NCBI GenBank assembly: GCA_963764805.1
Contig: CAVXUB010000006.1
Span: 288,598 to 352,597, forward strand
Length of the DNA: 64,000 bases
Direction of reading: 5' to 3'
Source: an uncultured Actinomycetota bacterium
GTDB taxonomy: Bacteria; Actinomycetota; Acidimicrobiia; Acidimicrobiales; Bog-793
Position 1 is the first letter of the stretch. Every line of letters begins with the position of its first letter. A model generated the notes under the pieces. That model was not told the origin of the DNA and made no database searches. It saw nothing but the letters and a program-made list of their open reading frames with translations. Positions 12,713 through 24,328 of this stretch are shown here, piece after piece. A program made the translations under genes and the position numbers.

Positions 12713-13877
12713 GTGGCTGAGGTAGAGATCGGCATCGGGAAGTCGGGTCGCCGGGCCTATGGCTTCGACGACATAGCAATCGTTCCCTCCCGACGGACGC
12801 GGGATCCCGAGGACGTGGACATCTCCTGGGAGATCGACGCGTATCGTTTCGAGCTGCCTTTGATGGCTTCTGCCATGGACGGGGTCGTCTCGCCCGCGAC
12901 CGCCATCGCCATCGGTCGCCTCGGTGGCGTCGGCGTGCTGAACCTCGAAGGACTGTGGACCCGCTACGAGGATCCGGAGCCGCTGCTGCGTGAGATCGCC
13001 GAGCTGGACGCCGACAAGGCGACGGCGCGGATGCAGCAGATCTACATGGAGCCGGTGAAGTCCGAGCTCGTCAGCCAGCGGATCCGGGAGATCAAGGACG
13101 CCGGCGTGGTCGCCTGCGCGTCGCTCACGCCCCAGCGCACGGCCCAGTACGCCGATGCCGTGCTCGAGGCACAGCTCGACCTGCTGGTGATCCAGGGCAC
13201 CGTCGTATCTGCCGAGCACGTGTCCAGGTCGGTCGAGCCGCTGAACCTGAAGCGGTTCATCCGTGAGTTCGACATCCCCGTGATCGTCGGCGGTTGCGCC
13301 TCCTACCAGGCCGCCCTTCACCTGATGCGGACGGGCGCAGTCGGGATCCTGGTCGGCGTCGGCCCCGGCAACGCCTGCACGACGCGGGGAGTCCTCGGTG
13401 TCGGCGTTCCGCAGGCGACTGCCATCGCCGACGCGGCGGGAGCCCGCATGCGCCATCTCGAGGAGACGGGCGTGTACGTGCACGTGATCGCCGATGGCGG
13501 GATGTCGAGGGGTGGAGACGTGGCCAAGGCCATCGCCTGCGGCGCCGATTCGGTGATGATCGGGTCGCCGCTGGCAGCGGCCCACGAGGCGCCCGGCCAC
13601 GGTTACCACTGGGGGATGGCTACGTTCCACCCGTCGCTGCCCCGGGGCGCCCGGGTGAAGGTCCAGCGAGCGCGGCACCTTGAAAGAGATCCTGCTCGGC
13701 CCGGCGCACGAGAACGACGGGCGACTGAACCTGTTCGGGGCGCTCCGCACTTCGATGGCCACCTGCGGCTACGAGACCGTCCGCGAGTTCCACAAGGCGG
13801 AGGTCATGGTCGCCCCGGCGCTCCAGACCGAGGGGAAGCAGCTGCAGCGCTCGCAGAGCGTGGGGATGGGCAGCTAG
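12713..13877 (+). CDS. guaB3: GuaB3-family IMP dehydrogenase (indel near 13670)
   Basis: [53 protein letters not shown] and HVIADGG. The C-terminus is in ORF 13680..13877. Confidence 0.9.
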
Positions 13878-13915
13878 CTCGTTCCGGCGCGGCCCTGGGC
13901 CGCGAACCGTCGGGG

Positions 13916-15135
13916 TCAGGCGATGACACCGCCGGCCGGCAAGGTGGTGGCGCTGATCGTCTCCGACTCCTGGCCGATCACGTCGACCGGCTGATGCGAG
14001 CCGGCGGCCGGAACGATCGCCACGTCGAGATCGATCGTGTGCATCGTCACCTCCGAGTACGAGCCCGGTGCGACGAAGTCGCCAAGCAGTTGCCTGTTCG
14101 CCGGCTGCACGATCGGCTGCGATCCCGCCGTGATGATCACTGTCTCGTAGAGCGCAAAGGTGACGATGGCGCCGCCACCCGATAGCACGCGTAGGCGGGC
14201 AGCGGGCAGGTTGGCGAGGCGACGCCGGGCAGCGCCACCTTGGGAGGCGTCGTGCTGAAGATGTCCTTGTACGAGTCGCCCTGCTGGTTGACCCAGTACT
14301 GGTAGGCCTGATCGGGGTCGCCGGCACCCTGCGCTCCGTATACGGCAGCGAAACCTGAGCCGAACTTCCCCGTCGACACCTCTGCGCTCAGGGCGCCGCC
14401 CGCCGCCGCCGCCACCTGCCCGGGAGCCATCACAAGTCCGTTGCCATCCGACGCTTGCACCACTTCTGCGAAGCCTCCCGGCGCCGTCTTGGGCGGCGGC
14501 ACCTTGTACCCCGGGGGCGTGGCTCCCATGATGTTCGGCGCCGCGTCGAGCTTCCATGGCGCTGCTGCCGAGGTCTTCACGAAAGTGAAGAAGGCTTCCG
14601 ACAACGGGTTTCCGGCGCTCTTCTCGGTGACGAGAGACGAGGCGTACGCAGGGTAGGAGGTCTGCTTGGGCACGAACGGGACGGTCGACGTCGACGAGAA
14701 GGGAGGCTCAGAGGTGGCGACACCTGAGGAGCGCAGCTCGGTGTAGGTGATGTCGTCTGCGATGTCCTGCAGGCACGCCTCGTGGCCGTCCTGCAGGGCT
14801 ATTGAGAGCCGGGAGTTGGCCAGGTTGTTGGCGGCGCTGTCGGCACTGACGATGGCGGTCATCCCGCCGGGTGTCACCACCGGCGACCCGGCTGGTGGCG
14901 AAGTGGTGGGAGTTGCGGCGTTGCCGCCCGTGTTGCCGGTGGTGGTGCCAGTGGCGCCCGTGCCGGGATGGGTAGTAGTCGTGTGGCCGGCGGACCCTTG
15001 TGTAGTCGCCGTATTGCCGCCTTGGGCGGCGGGGGCCGACGAGCAGGCGGCGAGGGCCAGCCCCGCGGCGGCTAGAACCAGCGCTCTCGCCGCTCTCGCC
15101 GTCCGCCGACCATGAAGACGCTTCCTGCGGCTCAT
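13916..15135 (-). CDS. Putative lipoprotein with a Thr/Gly/Pro-rich linker (indel near 14185)
   Basis: Basic N-terminus, hydrophobic stretch and lipobox LALAA-C. The C-terminal ~90 aa continue in the frame of ORF 13916..14557. Confidence 0.65.
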
Positions 15136-15212
15136 TTCCTGCGGCTCATTTCGGGCGAATGGTATCCGACGAGGTTCCGGGGAGCGGTGTCGGCAGGCAG
15201 TAGCGTTGATCT

Positions 15213-16753
15213 ATGGGCAATGGCTTCGACACCGTCCTCGTAGTCGACTTCGGCGCGCAGTACGCGCAGTTGATCGCCAGGCGGGTTCGCGACGCCCACG
15301 TCTACTCCGAGATCGTCCCCTACTCGATGCCTGCCGAGGAGATGCTGGCTCGGCGGCCGAAGGGGATCATCCTGTCCGGCGGCCCCAAATCCGTCTACGC
15401 CGAGTTCGCTCCCGCCGTCGACCCCGGTGTCTACGGTGCCGGCGTGCCGGTTCTCGGGATCTGCTACGGCGCCCAACTGCTGACCCAGCAACTGGGTGGC
15501 CATGTCGGCCAGACCGGCCTCGGGGAGTACGGACGCACCCCGCTGATGCTGGCAGCTTCATCGACACTGTTCGCCGGGCGGCCGCCGAGATCGAACGTCT
15601 GGATGAGCCATGCCGACTCGATCGTCGGCGCGCCGGCGGGCTTCAATGTGACGGCCTCGACGCCCGACGTCGACATCGCCGCCCTCGAGGATCGCGAGCG
15701 CGCGCTGTCTACGGGGTCCAGTTCCATCCCGAGGTGGTCCATACCGAGCGGGGGCAGGAGCTTTTGAAGCGCTTCCTCTTCGACGTCTGCGACTGCCGCC
15801 CCAACTGGACACACACCTCGGTGATCGAGTCGCAGGTGGCGGCCGTGCAGGCGCAGGTCGGCGGCGGCCGGGTGCTCTGCGCGCTGTCGGGTGGTGTGGA
15901 CTCGGCCGTGGCGGCCGCTCTCGTGCACAAGGCGATAGGCGATCAGCTGACCTGTGTCTTCGTGGACACGGGGCTGATGCGGGCGGGAGAGGGCACGCAG
16001 GTGGAGGAGACGTTTCGGAGGCAGTTCTCACTCGATCTGATCCACGTGAAGGCTGCTGACCGTTACTTCGAAGCCCTGGCCGGCGTCACCGATCCCGAGG
16101 TGAAGCGCAAGACCATCGGAGCGCTGTTCATCCGCATCTTCGAGGAGGTGGCCGCCGAGCTGGAAGGCGTCCGCTACTTGGTGCAGGGCACCCTCTACCC
16201 CGACATCATCGAGTCGGGCACCGCCGACGCGGCGAAGATCAAATCGCACCACAACGTCGGCGGGCTGCCCGAGAACATGGACTTCGAGCTCGTCGAGCCT
16301 CTCCGGCTGCTGTTCAAGGACGAGGTGCGGGCGATCGGCGAGGAGCTCGGCCTGCCGGAGGAGATCGTGTGGCGCCAACCGTTCCCGGGGCCGGGACTGG
16401 CAGTCCGGATAGTCGGAGAGGTGACACCCGAGCGGGCCGAGGTACTGCGGGCGGCGGACGCAGTGGTGCTGGACGAGATCAGGCGGGCCGGGCTCGACCG
16501 GGAGGTGTGGCAGTCCTTCGCCGTGTTGCCGGCGGTGCGCTCGGTAGGGGTGATGGGCGACGAGCGGACGTACGCCTACCCGATCGTCGTGCGGGCGGTC
16601 ACCTCCGATGACGCCATGACGGCGGATTGGGCGAGGCTCCCTTACGAGGTGCTGGAGCGCATCTCGTCGCGGATCATCAACGAGGTGAGGGGCGTGAACC
16701 GGGTCGCCTACGACATCACCTCGAAACCACCCGGCACGATCGAGTGGGAGTGA
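15213..16753 (+). CDS. guaA: GMP synthase (glutamine-hydrolysing) (indel near 15705)
   Basis: DFGAQY, GICYG and WMSHAD, then GVQFHPE, SGGVDS, KSHHN and [10 protein letters not shown], across two frames. Confidence 0.96.
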
Positions 16754-16804
16754 CCCCTAGCCGGCTCCCGCGACCGGGCTCCTGCGCCAGCCCCTGAGGT
16801 ACCG

Positions 16805-16880
16805 GAGAAGATTGTGTATCGGAACCCGTAAAAGCGCGCGCGCGGCGCGCAATTGGCGCACTCCACTACACAGAATTCTC
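16805..16880. repeat. Imperfect 76-bp intergenic palindrome (REP-like)
   Basis: GAGAAgatTGTGTA...TACACAgaaTTCTC arms with a GCGCGC core, between guaA and pcrA. Confidence 0.55.
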
Positions 16881-16932
16881 AATTACTTGGGCGGTTCTGG
16901 GAGGACCCACCCTCCCGGTATGGTGGCTGGCG

Positions 16933-19458
16933 ATGCCAGATCCCTCCCACGCGGCCGGCCGCCTGTTCGGGCTGGACGACTTCGGCTCGCAACCGAAGAT
17001 CGTCGAGAGCGGCCGGGGGCGCGACCCGCTGGAGGACTTCGACCCGCCTGCGCCTGACGATCCCGCCGCCGCGCTGCCGGCGAGGGCACGGAAGTGGGTG
17101 CCCGAGAAGAGCGATGTCTCGGCGCTCCTCGAGGGCCTCAATCCGGAGCAGCGAGAAGCGGTCCTTCACAACGACGGCCCTCTGCTCGTGGTGGCCGGGG
17201 CGGGTTCGGGAAAGACACGGGTGCTCACCCACCGCATCGCGCGGATCATCGCCGAGGGCACGCCTCCCTGGCAGATCATGGCGATCACCTTCACCAACAA
17301 GGCGGCGGACGAGATGCGCCGGCGTGCCACTGCTCTGGTCGGCCGGGGCGCCGAGAAGATCTGGGTGTCCACATTCCATTCCGCCTGCGTGCGCATCCTG
17401 CGGCGGAACGCGCCACTACTCGGATATACCGGATCGTTCACCATCTACGACGACGCCGACAGCAGGCGGCTGGTCGAGCAGGTGATCGGCGAGATCGGGC
17501 GCGACCCCAAGCGCTTCCCGCCGCGTGGCGTGCTGGCAGCCATCAGCCAGGCGAAATCGAACCTGCTCGATGCGACCGAGTACGGGGCGACAGCCTCGGA
17601 GATGTTCGAGCGGGTGATCGCCGAGGTGTTCGCAGAGTACGAACGCCGGCTGCGGGCGGCCAATGCCATGGACTTCGACGACTTGTTGTCGCTCGTAGTC
17701 AAGCTCTTCCGCGAGCACGGGGACGTGCTCGAGGACTACCAGCGCCGCATCGTGCATCTGCTGGTCGACGAGTACCAGGACACCAACTCGGCGCAGAACG
17801 AGCTGGTGATGATGATCGGGCGCCACCACCGCAACGTCTGCGTGGTCGGCGACTCCGACCAGAGCATCTACCGGTTCCGCGGAGCAGACATCCGCAACAT
17901 CCTCGAGTTCGAGCGTGCGTTTCCCGACGCCACGACGATCGTGCTCGACCAGAACTACCGTTCAACTCAGAACATCCTCGACGCCGCCAACGCCGTGATC
18001 TCGGCCAACCCCGCTCGCCAGAAGAAGACGCTCTGGTCGGCGCTCGGTCCCGGCGACAAGATCCGCAAGTACAGGGCAGGAGACGAGCGAGACGAGGCGA
18101 CCTTCGTCGCCAACGAGATCGCCACCTTGCACCGCTCCGGCCGTATCTACAGCGACTTCGCCGTCTTCTACCGCATGAACTCCCAGTCCCGTGCGCTCGA
18201 GGAGGCGCTCGCGGATCGGGGCGTGCCCTTCAAGGTGATCGGCGGCACAGGTTTCTACGAGCGGCGGGAGGTGCGTGACCTACTCGCATATCCGCGGGCG
18301 GTCGCCAACCCGGCCGACGAGGTGTCGCTGCGGCGAATTGTCAACGTCCCAAAGCGCGGAGTCGGCGACGCCTCTGTCGCCAAGCTGGCCGAGGAGGCGC
18401 GACGGCGGGGGGTCGGCTTCGCCGAGGTGATGCGAGAGCCGGAGGTTGCGGGCGTCACCGGCAAGGCAGCAGCCGCCCTGCGCACGCTCGTGGCGCTGCT
18501 CGAAGAGCTGCGCTCTGTCGCCGTGATGGGTGACCTGGTGGACATCGGGGAGCCGGATCTGGAAGGCAGCGAGGAGGAGGTCACAGGGGAGCTCGCCGCG
18601 GCGGCGGGGGCGGCGGGGGCCCTCCCACATGTGGCACTCGCGCCTGTGGCACTCCCCCCTATTCAGGTTGGCCCGGGCGGGAGGCTGGAGCCGGCCAGTC
18701 TCCTGTCGTCGATCCTCGAGCGGACCGGCTACACCAGGGCGCTTGAAGCGGAGCGGACGCTCGAGGCAGAGGGACGCATCGACAACCTGTCGGAGCTGGT
18801 CAGCGTGGCGGCCGAGCACCACACACTGCAGTCCTTCCTGCAGTCGACTGCCCTCGTGGCTGCGACGGACGAGCTGGAGGACGACTCGACCAAGGTCTCG
18901 CTGATGACGCTGCACACGGCAAAGGGCCTGGAGTTCGGGGTCGTCTTCCTGACCGGCATGGAGGAGGAGCTCTTCCCGCATGCACGGTCTCTCGACGACC
19001 CGAACGAGATCGAGGAGGAGCGGAGGCTCTGCTACGTCGGCCTCACGCGGGCCAAGGAGCGCCTCTATCTCACCCATACGTGGACCCGGACGGTCTTCGG
19101 GATGACCCGTGACCGGCTCGCCAGCAGGTTCCTGAAGGAGATCCCGGAGGGACTGGTGGAGGACGTTTCGGACGGCGGTCCGGCGTCGGTGTTCGGGAGT
19201 GGTCGGGGCGCCGGCAGTCGTGGAGCGTCGGGATCGGGCGCCGGGGCGCGGTTTCGGTCGGCGGCTCGGCCTGCGGCCAGCACCGGAGCCGAGGCGTTGG
19301 GGCTGAAGGCCGGAGACGCCGTGGTGCACGCCCGATGGGGCGAGGGCGTGATCGTCGAGGTGCGCGGCGAGGGTGACAAGGCCGAGGCCACGATCCGGTT
19401 CCCGCGCCAGGGGGACAAGAACTTCTTGTTGTCCGCCACCCCCCTGAAGCGAGCGTGA
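16933..19458 (+). CDS. pcrA: ATP-dependent DNA helicase PcrA/UvrD1
   Basis: AGAGSGKT, TFTNKAA, VDEYQD, GDSDQSIYRFRGA, TLHTAKGLEF, EERRLCYVGLTRA and a C-terminal Tudor-like domain (V.HARWGEG). Confidence 0.95.
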   Translation: MPDPSHAAGRLFGLDDFGSQPKIVESGRGRDPLEDFDPPAPDDPAAALPARARKWVPEKSDVSALLEGLNPEQREAVLHNDGPLLVVAGAGSGKTRVLTHRIARIIAEGTPPWQIMAITFTNKAADEMRRRATALVGRGAEKIWVSTFHSACVRILRRNAPLLGYTGSFTIYDDADSRRLVEQVIGEIGRDPKRFPPRGVLAAISQAKSNLLDATEYGATASEMFERVIAEVFAEYERRLRAANAMDFDDLLSLVVKLFREHGDVLEDYQRRIVHLLVDEYQDTNSAQNELVMMIGRHHRNVCVVGDSDQSIYRFRGADIRNILEFERAFPDATTIVLDQNYRSTQNILDAANAVISANPARQKKTLWSALGPGDKIRKYRAGDERDEATFVANEIATLHRSGRIYSDFAVFYRMNSQSRALEEALADRGVPFKVIGGTGFYERREVRDLLAYPRAVANPADEVSLRRIVNVPKRGVGDASVAKLAEEARRRGVGFAEVMREPEVAGVTGKAAAALRTLVALLEELRSVAVMGDLVDIGEPDLEGSEEEVTGELAAAAGAAGALPHVALAPVALPPIQVGPGGRLEPASLLSSILERTGYTRALEAERTLEAEGRIDNLSELVSVAAEHHTLQSFLQSTALVAATDELEDDSTKVSLMTLHTAKGLEFGVVFLTGMEEELFPHARSLDDPNEIEEERRLCYVGLTRAKERLYLTHTWTRTVFGMTRDRLASRFLKEIPEGLVEDVSDGGPASVFGSGRGAGSRGASGSGAGARFRSAARPAASTGAEALGLKAGDAVVHARWGEGVIVEVRGEGDKAEATIRFPRQGDKNFLLSATPLKRA

Positions 19459-19503
19459 TGGGCGGCGCGGGCGTCGGACGCCGACCACCGAGTGGGCGCC
19501 GAA

Positions 19504-19568
19504 CGACCAAAACGCGCAGGGTCCAGATGGTCGTTAAACAGCCATTTGGACCATGCGCGAAATGGTTG
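19504..19568. repeat. Imperfect 65-bp intergenic palindrome (REP-like or terminator)
   Basis: CGACCA/TGGTTG, CGCGCA/TGCGCG, GGTCCA/TGGACC and ATGG/CCAT pair around a short loop. Confidence 0.7.
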
Positions 19569-19611
19569 CAGGGATTAGCGACCCCGGACTGAAGGGGATA
19601 GAACAGTCCGA

Positions 19612-20316
19612 ATGACGGCTCCGACCGCGACGTCGGCAGGCCCGGCCCGGGCGACGAAGGAGGGACTCACGCGGGGGACCAAGCCGAAGCTGCGAGGCGT
19701 CTCGCACGAGATCTTCTTTTTCGTGTCGCTCGTCACCGGACCGCTGCTGGGACTGGCAAGTCGCACCACCGCCGAGCAGATCTGCACCTCGGTGTATGCA
19801 TTCTCGGTCTCGGCGATGCTCGCGACGAGCGCCCTGTTCCACCGCCGGAGTTGGAGCCCGCAAGGGCGGCGTCGAATGCGGCGCGCCGACCACTCGACGA
19901 TCTTCCTCTGCATCGCCGGCACCTACACGGCCGTCGCCGGCCTGTCCCTGTCCCGGGGGTGGGCGACCCTCATCCTCGCCCTCGTCTGGGGAGGGGCCGC
20001 CGTAGGCGTCGCCCTCCGCCTGCTCTGGCTCGACGCCCCCAAGTGGGTTGTCGCGCTCCCTTACGTGGTCGTCGGCTGGATCGCGGTGGTTGCGACGCCG
20101 GAGTTGTTGCACGTGTTGGGTGGGGTGGGTTTCGCAATGATGCTCGGTGGTGGTGTCTGCTACACGCTCGGCGCCGTCGCCTACGCCCGCAAGCGTCCCG
20201 ACCCTTGGCCGGCGACGTTCGGATTCCACGAGATCTTCCACCTCTTCGTGGTGGTGGCTCTGATCCTTCACTACTGCCTCGTCGCTTTCGTGGTGTTACA
20301 CCACCCGGTGCGCTAA
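19612..20316 (+). CDS. Hemolysin III / PAQR family membrane protein
   Basis: KPKLRGVSH, SALFH, DHSTIFLCIAGTYT and FGFHEIFHLFV; 7 TM segments. Confidence 0.9.
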   Translation: MTAPTATSAGPARATKEGLTRGTKPKLRGVSHEIFFFVSLVTGPLLGLASRTTAEQICTSVYAFSVSAMLATSALFHRRSWSPQGRRRMRRADHSTIFLCIAGTYTAVAGLSLSRGWATLILALVWGGAAVGVALRLLWLDAPKWVVALPYVVVGWIAVVATPELLHVLGGVGFAMMLGGGVCYTLGAVAYARKRPDPWPATFGFHEIFHLFVVVALILHYCLVAFVVLHHPVR

Positions 20317-20433
20317 CCCGCCGCCAGCACCGGCTGACCCGGCGCCGGCACCGGCCGGCAGCCCGCCGGCACCTGCCGGGCGCCTGGCTCCCGATTCGGC
20401 CGGGAGGCCCAGCCTGCGTAGTATCAGTGCCGC

Positions 20434-20856
20434 ATGGACCGCCGCTATCGAGTGATCGTCGCCAAGCCCGGCTTGGACGGGCACGACAGAGGTGCGAAGG
20501 TGATCGCCCGGGCGCTGCGGGATGCCGGTTTCGAGGTGATCTACACGGGGCTCCACCAGACGCCCGAACAGGTCGTGCAGGCAGTGGTGCAGGAGGATGC
20601 CGACGCGGTCGGGCTGTCGCTGCTCTCGGGAGCTCACCTGACACTGGTCCCCAAGATCGTCGACGGTCTGCGGGCGGCCGGTCTGGACGACGTCCTCGTG
20701 ATGTGCGGCGGGATCATTCCCGACAAGGACATCCCCGTCCTCAAGGAGGGCGGAGTATCCGCAGTGTTCACACCCGGCAGCCCCCTGCCCCAGATCTCCG
20801 AGTGGCTGGAGAAGGCACTCGACGAGCGGGAACGGCAGGCCGAGGCCAAGAGCTGA
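20434..20856 (+). CDS. Stand-alone cobalamin-binding domain (methylmalonyl-CoA mutase small-subunit type)
   Basis: AKPGLDGHDRGAKV (DxHxxG), GLSLLSGAH, GGIIP and FTPG. Confidence 0.9.
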   Translation: MDRRYRVIVAKPGLDGHDRGAKVIARALRDAGFEVIYTGLHQTPEQVVQAVVQEDADAVGLSLLSGAHLTLVPKIVDGLRAAGLDDVLVMCGGIIPDKDIPVLKEGGVSAVFTPGSPLPQISEWLEKALDERERQAEAKS

Positions 20857-20935
20857 CGCCGAGCTCCGACGGCAAGCCAAGAGACGCCAATAGCTGATTG
20901 CAGATCGAGAACGTGATCGAGGAGGAACGCGCTCG

Positions 20936-22159
<1,224 letters not shown>

Positions 22160-22163
<4 letters not shown>

Positions 22164-23047
22164 GCATCTTCGTCGACGAGAAGACACGTGTGGTCGTGCA
22201 GGGCCTCACGGGCGGACAGGGGCGGTTCCACGGCCTGCGCAACCGCGCCTACGGCACCCAGGTCGTGGCTGGCGTCACACCCGGCAAGGGCGGGCAGGAC
22301 GTCGAGGGGATACCGGTCTTCGACACGGTCGAGGAGGCGGTGGCGGCCACGGGCGCCGACGCCAGCTTCGTGTCGGTGCCACCGAAGGCAGCGCCGGCCG
22401 CGATCCTGGAGGCGGCGGCGGCGGGAATCGGCTTCGTCGTGTGCATCACCGAGCACATCCCGGCCAAGGACGAGGCGATGGTGTTCAATCGGCTGCGTCG
22501 CGACTACCCGAGCACCCGCCTGCTCGGTCCCAACTGTCCTGGCGTGATCTCGCCGGGCAAGTGCAACATCGGCATCACGTCCGGCGACATCGCAAAGGCG
22601 GGGGGGCCGGTGGGAATCGTTTCGCGTTCGGGCACGCTCACATACCAGGCGCTGCACGAGCTCTCGCAGCAGGGCGTCGGCCAGACGACCTGTGTGGGGA
22701 TCGGGGGCGATCCCGTGCCGGGGACCACTTTCATCGACGTGCTGGCGGCGTTCGAGGGCGATCCCGAGACGCGGGCCGTGATGATGATCGGCGAGATCGG
22801 CGGCTCAGCAGAGGAGCAGGCAGCCGAGTTCATCGCCGAATCGATGTCCAAGCCGGTGGTCGCCTACATCGCCGGCGTCACGGCCCCGGCGGGCCGCAAG
22901 ATGGGCCATGCGGGTGCCATCGTCTCCGGATCGAAGGGGACCGCTCAGGCCAAGATGGAGGCGCTCGCGTCCGCCGGCGTGACCGTCGCCGTCAACCCCA
23001 CCGAGGCCGGTGAGCTGATGGTGGAGGTAGTCCGGCGCCTGGACTGA
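22160..23047 (+). CDS. sucD: Succinyl-CoA synthetase alpha subunit
   Basis: MSIFVD...[19 protein letters not shown] and MGHAGA (phospho-His). Confidence 0.97.
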
Positions 23048-23060
23048 CGGTTCCCGACTG

Positions 23061-24323
23061 ATGCCTGGAGCCGGACCGGTCACACTTGCCGACATCGAGA
23101 CGGCGAGGGCGGCAATCGCCGCCACCATCGTCCGCACGCCGGTGTTCACGTCGCGCTGGCTGAGCGCCGAGCTCGGAGCGCCTGTGGTGCTGAAGGCCGA
23201 GATCCTGCAGCGGACCGGCTCGTTCAAGACCAGGGGAGCGGTCAACAAGATCGCCTCGTTGGGCGAGGCGGCGCGGTCCGGCGTCGTCTGCGCGTCGGCC
23301 GGCAATCATGCCCAGGCGGTAGCGCTGGCCGCCCAGGCGGCGGGCGTCTCCTGCGAGGTCTTCATGCCGAAGGACGCCTCGATCGGCAAGACCGAAGCCA
23401 CCCGCCACTACGGCGCCACGGTCCGTCTCGGCGGCGCCAACCTCGACGAGGCGATCGAGATGGCCCGCGCCTTCGCCGACGATACCGGCCGGGTCTTCGT
23501 CCATCCCTTCGACGATCCGGCGATCATCGCCGGCGCCGGAACACTCGGTGTGGAGCTCATCGAGGACGTGCCGGACTGCGACTGCGTAGTCGTCCCGCTC
23601 GGCGGTGGGGGGCTCACGAGCGGCCTGGCCGTCGCCGTGAAGTCGCTCAAGCCCGGGACGAGGGTCATAGCGGTGCAGGCGGCGACATGCGCGCCGTATC
23701 CGCTCTCGATCGCCGCCGGAGCGCCGGTCCCGATCGAGGGGCCGGTGATCACGCTCGCCGACGGGATCGCCGTCAAGCGGCCCGGCGAGATCACCCTGCC
23801 GATGGTGGGCGAGTACGTGGACGAGGTCGTGACCGTCTCCGAGGACGAGATCGCGCAAGCGATGGTGCTGCTGCTCGAACGCGCCAAGCTGGTCGTGGAA
23901 GGCGCGGGAGCCGTCGGCGTGGCGGCCGTCCTTGCGGGCCGGATCGGTGTTCCCGCGGGTGCTCGGTCGGGTGCTCCGGCGGGAGGTCCCGGCGGAAAGA
24001 CGGCCGTGGTGCTGTCGGGAGGCAATGTCGACATCGGCACGCTGGCCCCGGCGATAAGGCTGCGCGAGACCATCGCCGGCCGCAGGCTGATCCTCTTCTC
24101 GGTCTTCCCCGACCGCCCCGGCGAGCTCGCCAAGTTGCTCGAGGTGATCGGCGGGACGGGGGCGAACCTGGTGGAGGTGGACCATCTGCGGGAGGGTTTT
24201 GATCTGCACGTGCGGGAGACCGGTGTCCATCTGACGCTCGAGACCCGCGACCGGGAGCACGCCGAGAAGGTGATCGAAACAGCACGCCTGGCGGGATATC
24301 TGGTCCGCCGGATGGGAAGCTGA
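23061..24323 (+). CDS. ilvA: Threonine ammonia-lyase with a single C-terminal ACT domain
   Basis: SFKTRGA (PLP lysine), SAGNHAQ, GGGGL, SGGN and the ACT segment PDRPGEL. Confidence 0.9.
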   Translation: MPGAGPVTLADIETARAAIAATIVRTPVFTSRWLSAELGAPVVLKAEILQRTGSFKTRGAVNKIASLGEAARSGVVCASAGNHAQAVALAAQAAGVSCEVFMPKDASIGKTEATRHYGATVRLGGANLDEAIEMARAFADDTGRVFVHPFDDPAIIAGAGTLGVELIEDVPDCDCVVVPLGGGGLTSGLAVAVKSLKPGTRVIAVQAATCAPYPLSIAAGAPVPIEGPVITLADGIAVKRPGEITLPMVGEYVDEVVTVSEDEIAQAMVLLLERAKLVVEGAGAVGVAAVLAGRIGVPAGARSGAPAGGPGGKTAVVLSGGNVDIGTLAPAIRLRETIAGRRLILFSVFPDRPGELAKLLEVIGGTGANLVEVDHLREGFDLHVRETGVHLTLETRDREHAEKVIETARLAGYLVRRMGS

Positions 24324-24328
24324 CGCTC

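Noticed and set aside
18515-18692. Possible intein in PcrA
   Set aside because: Too short, with no Cys/Ser start, no His-Asn end and no splicing motifs.
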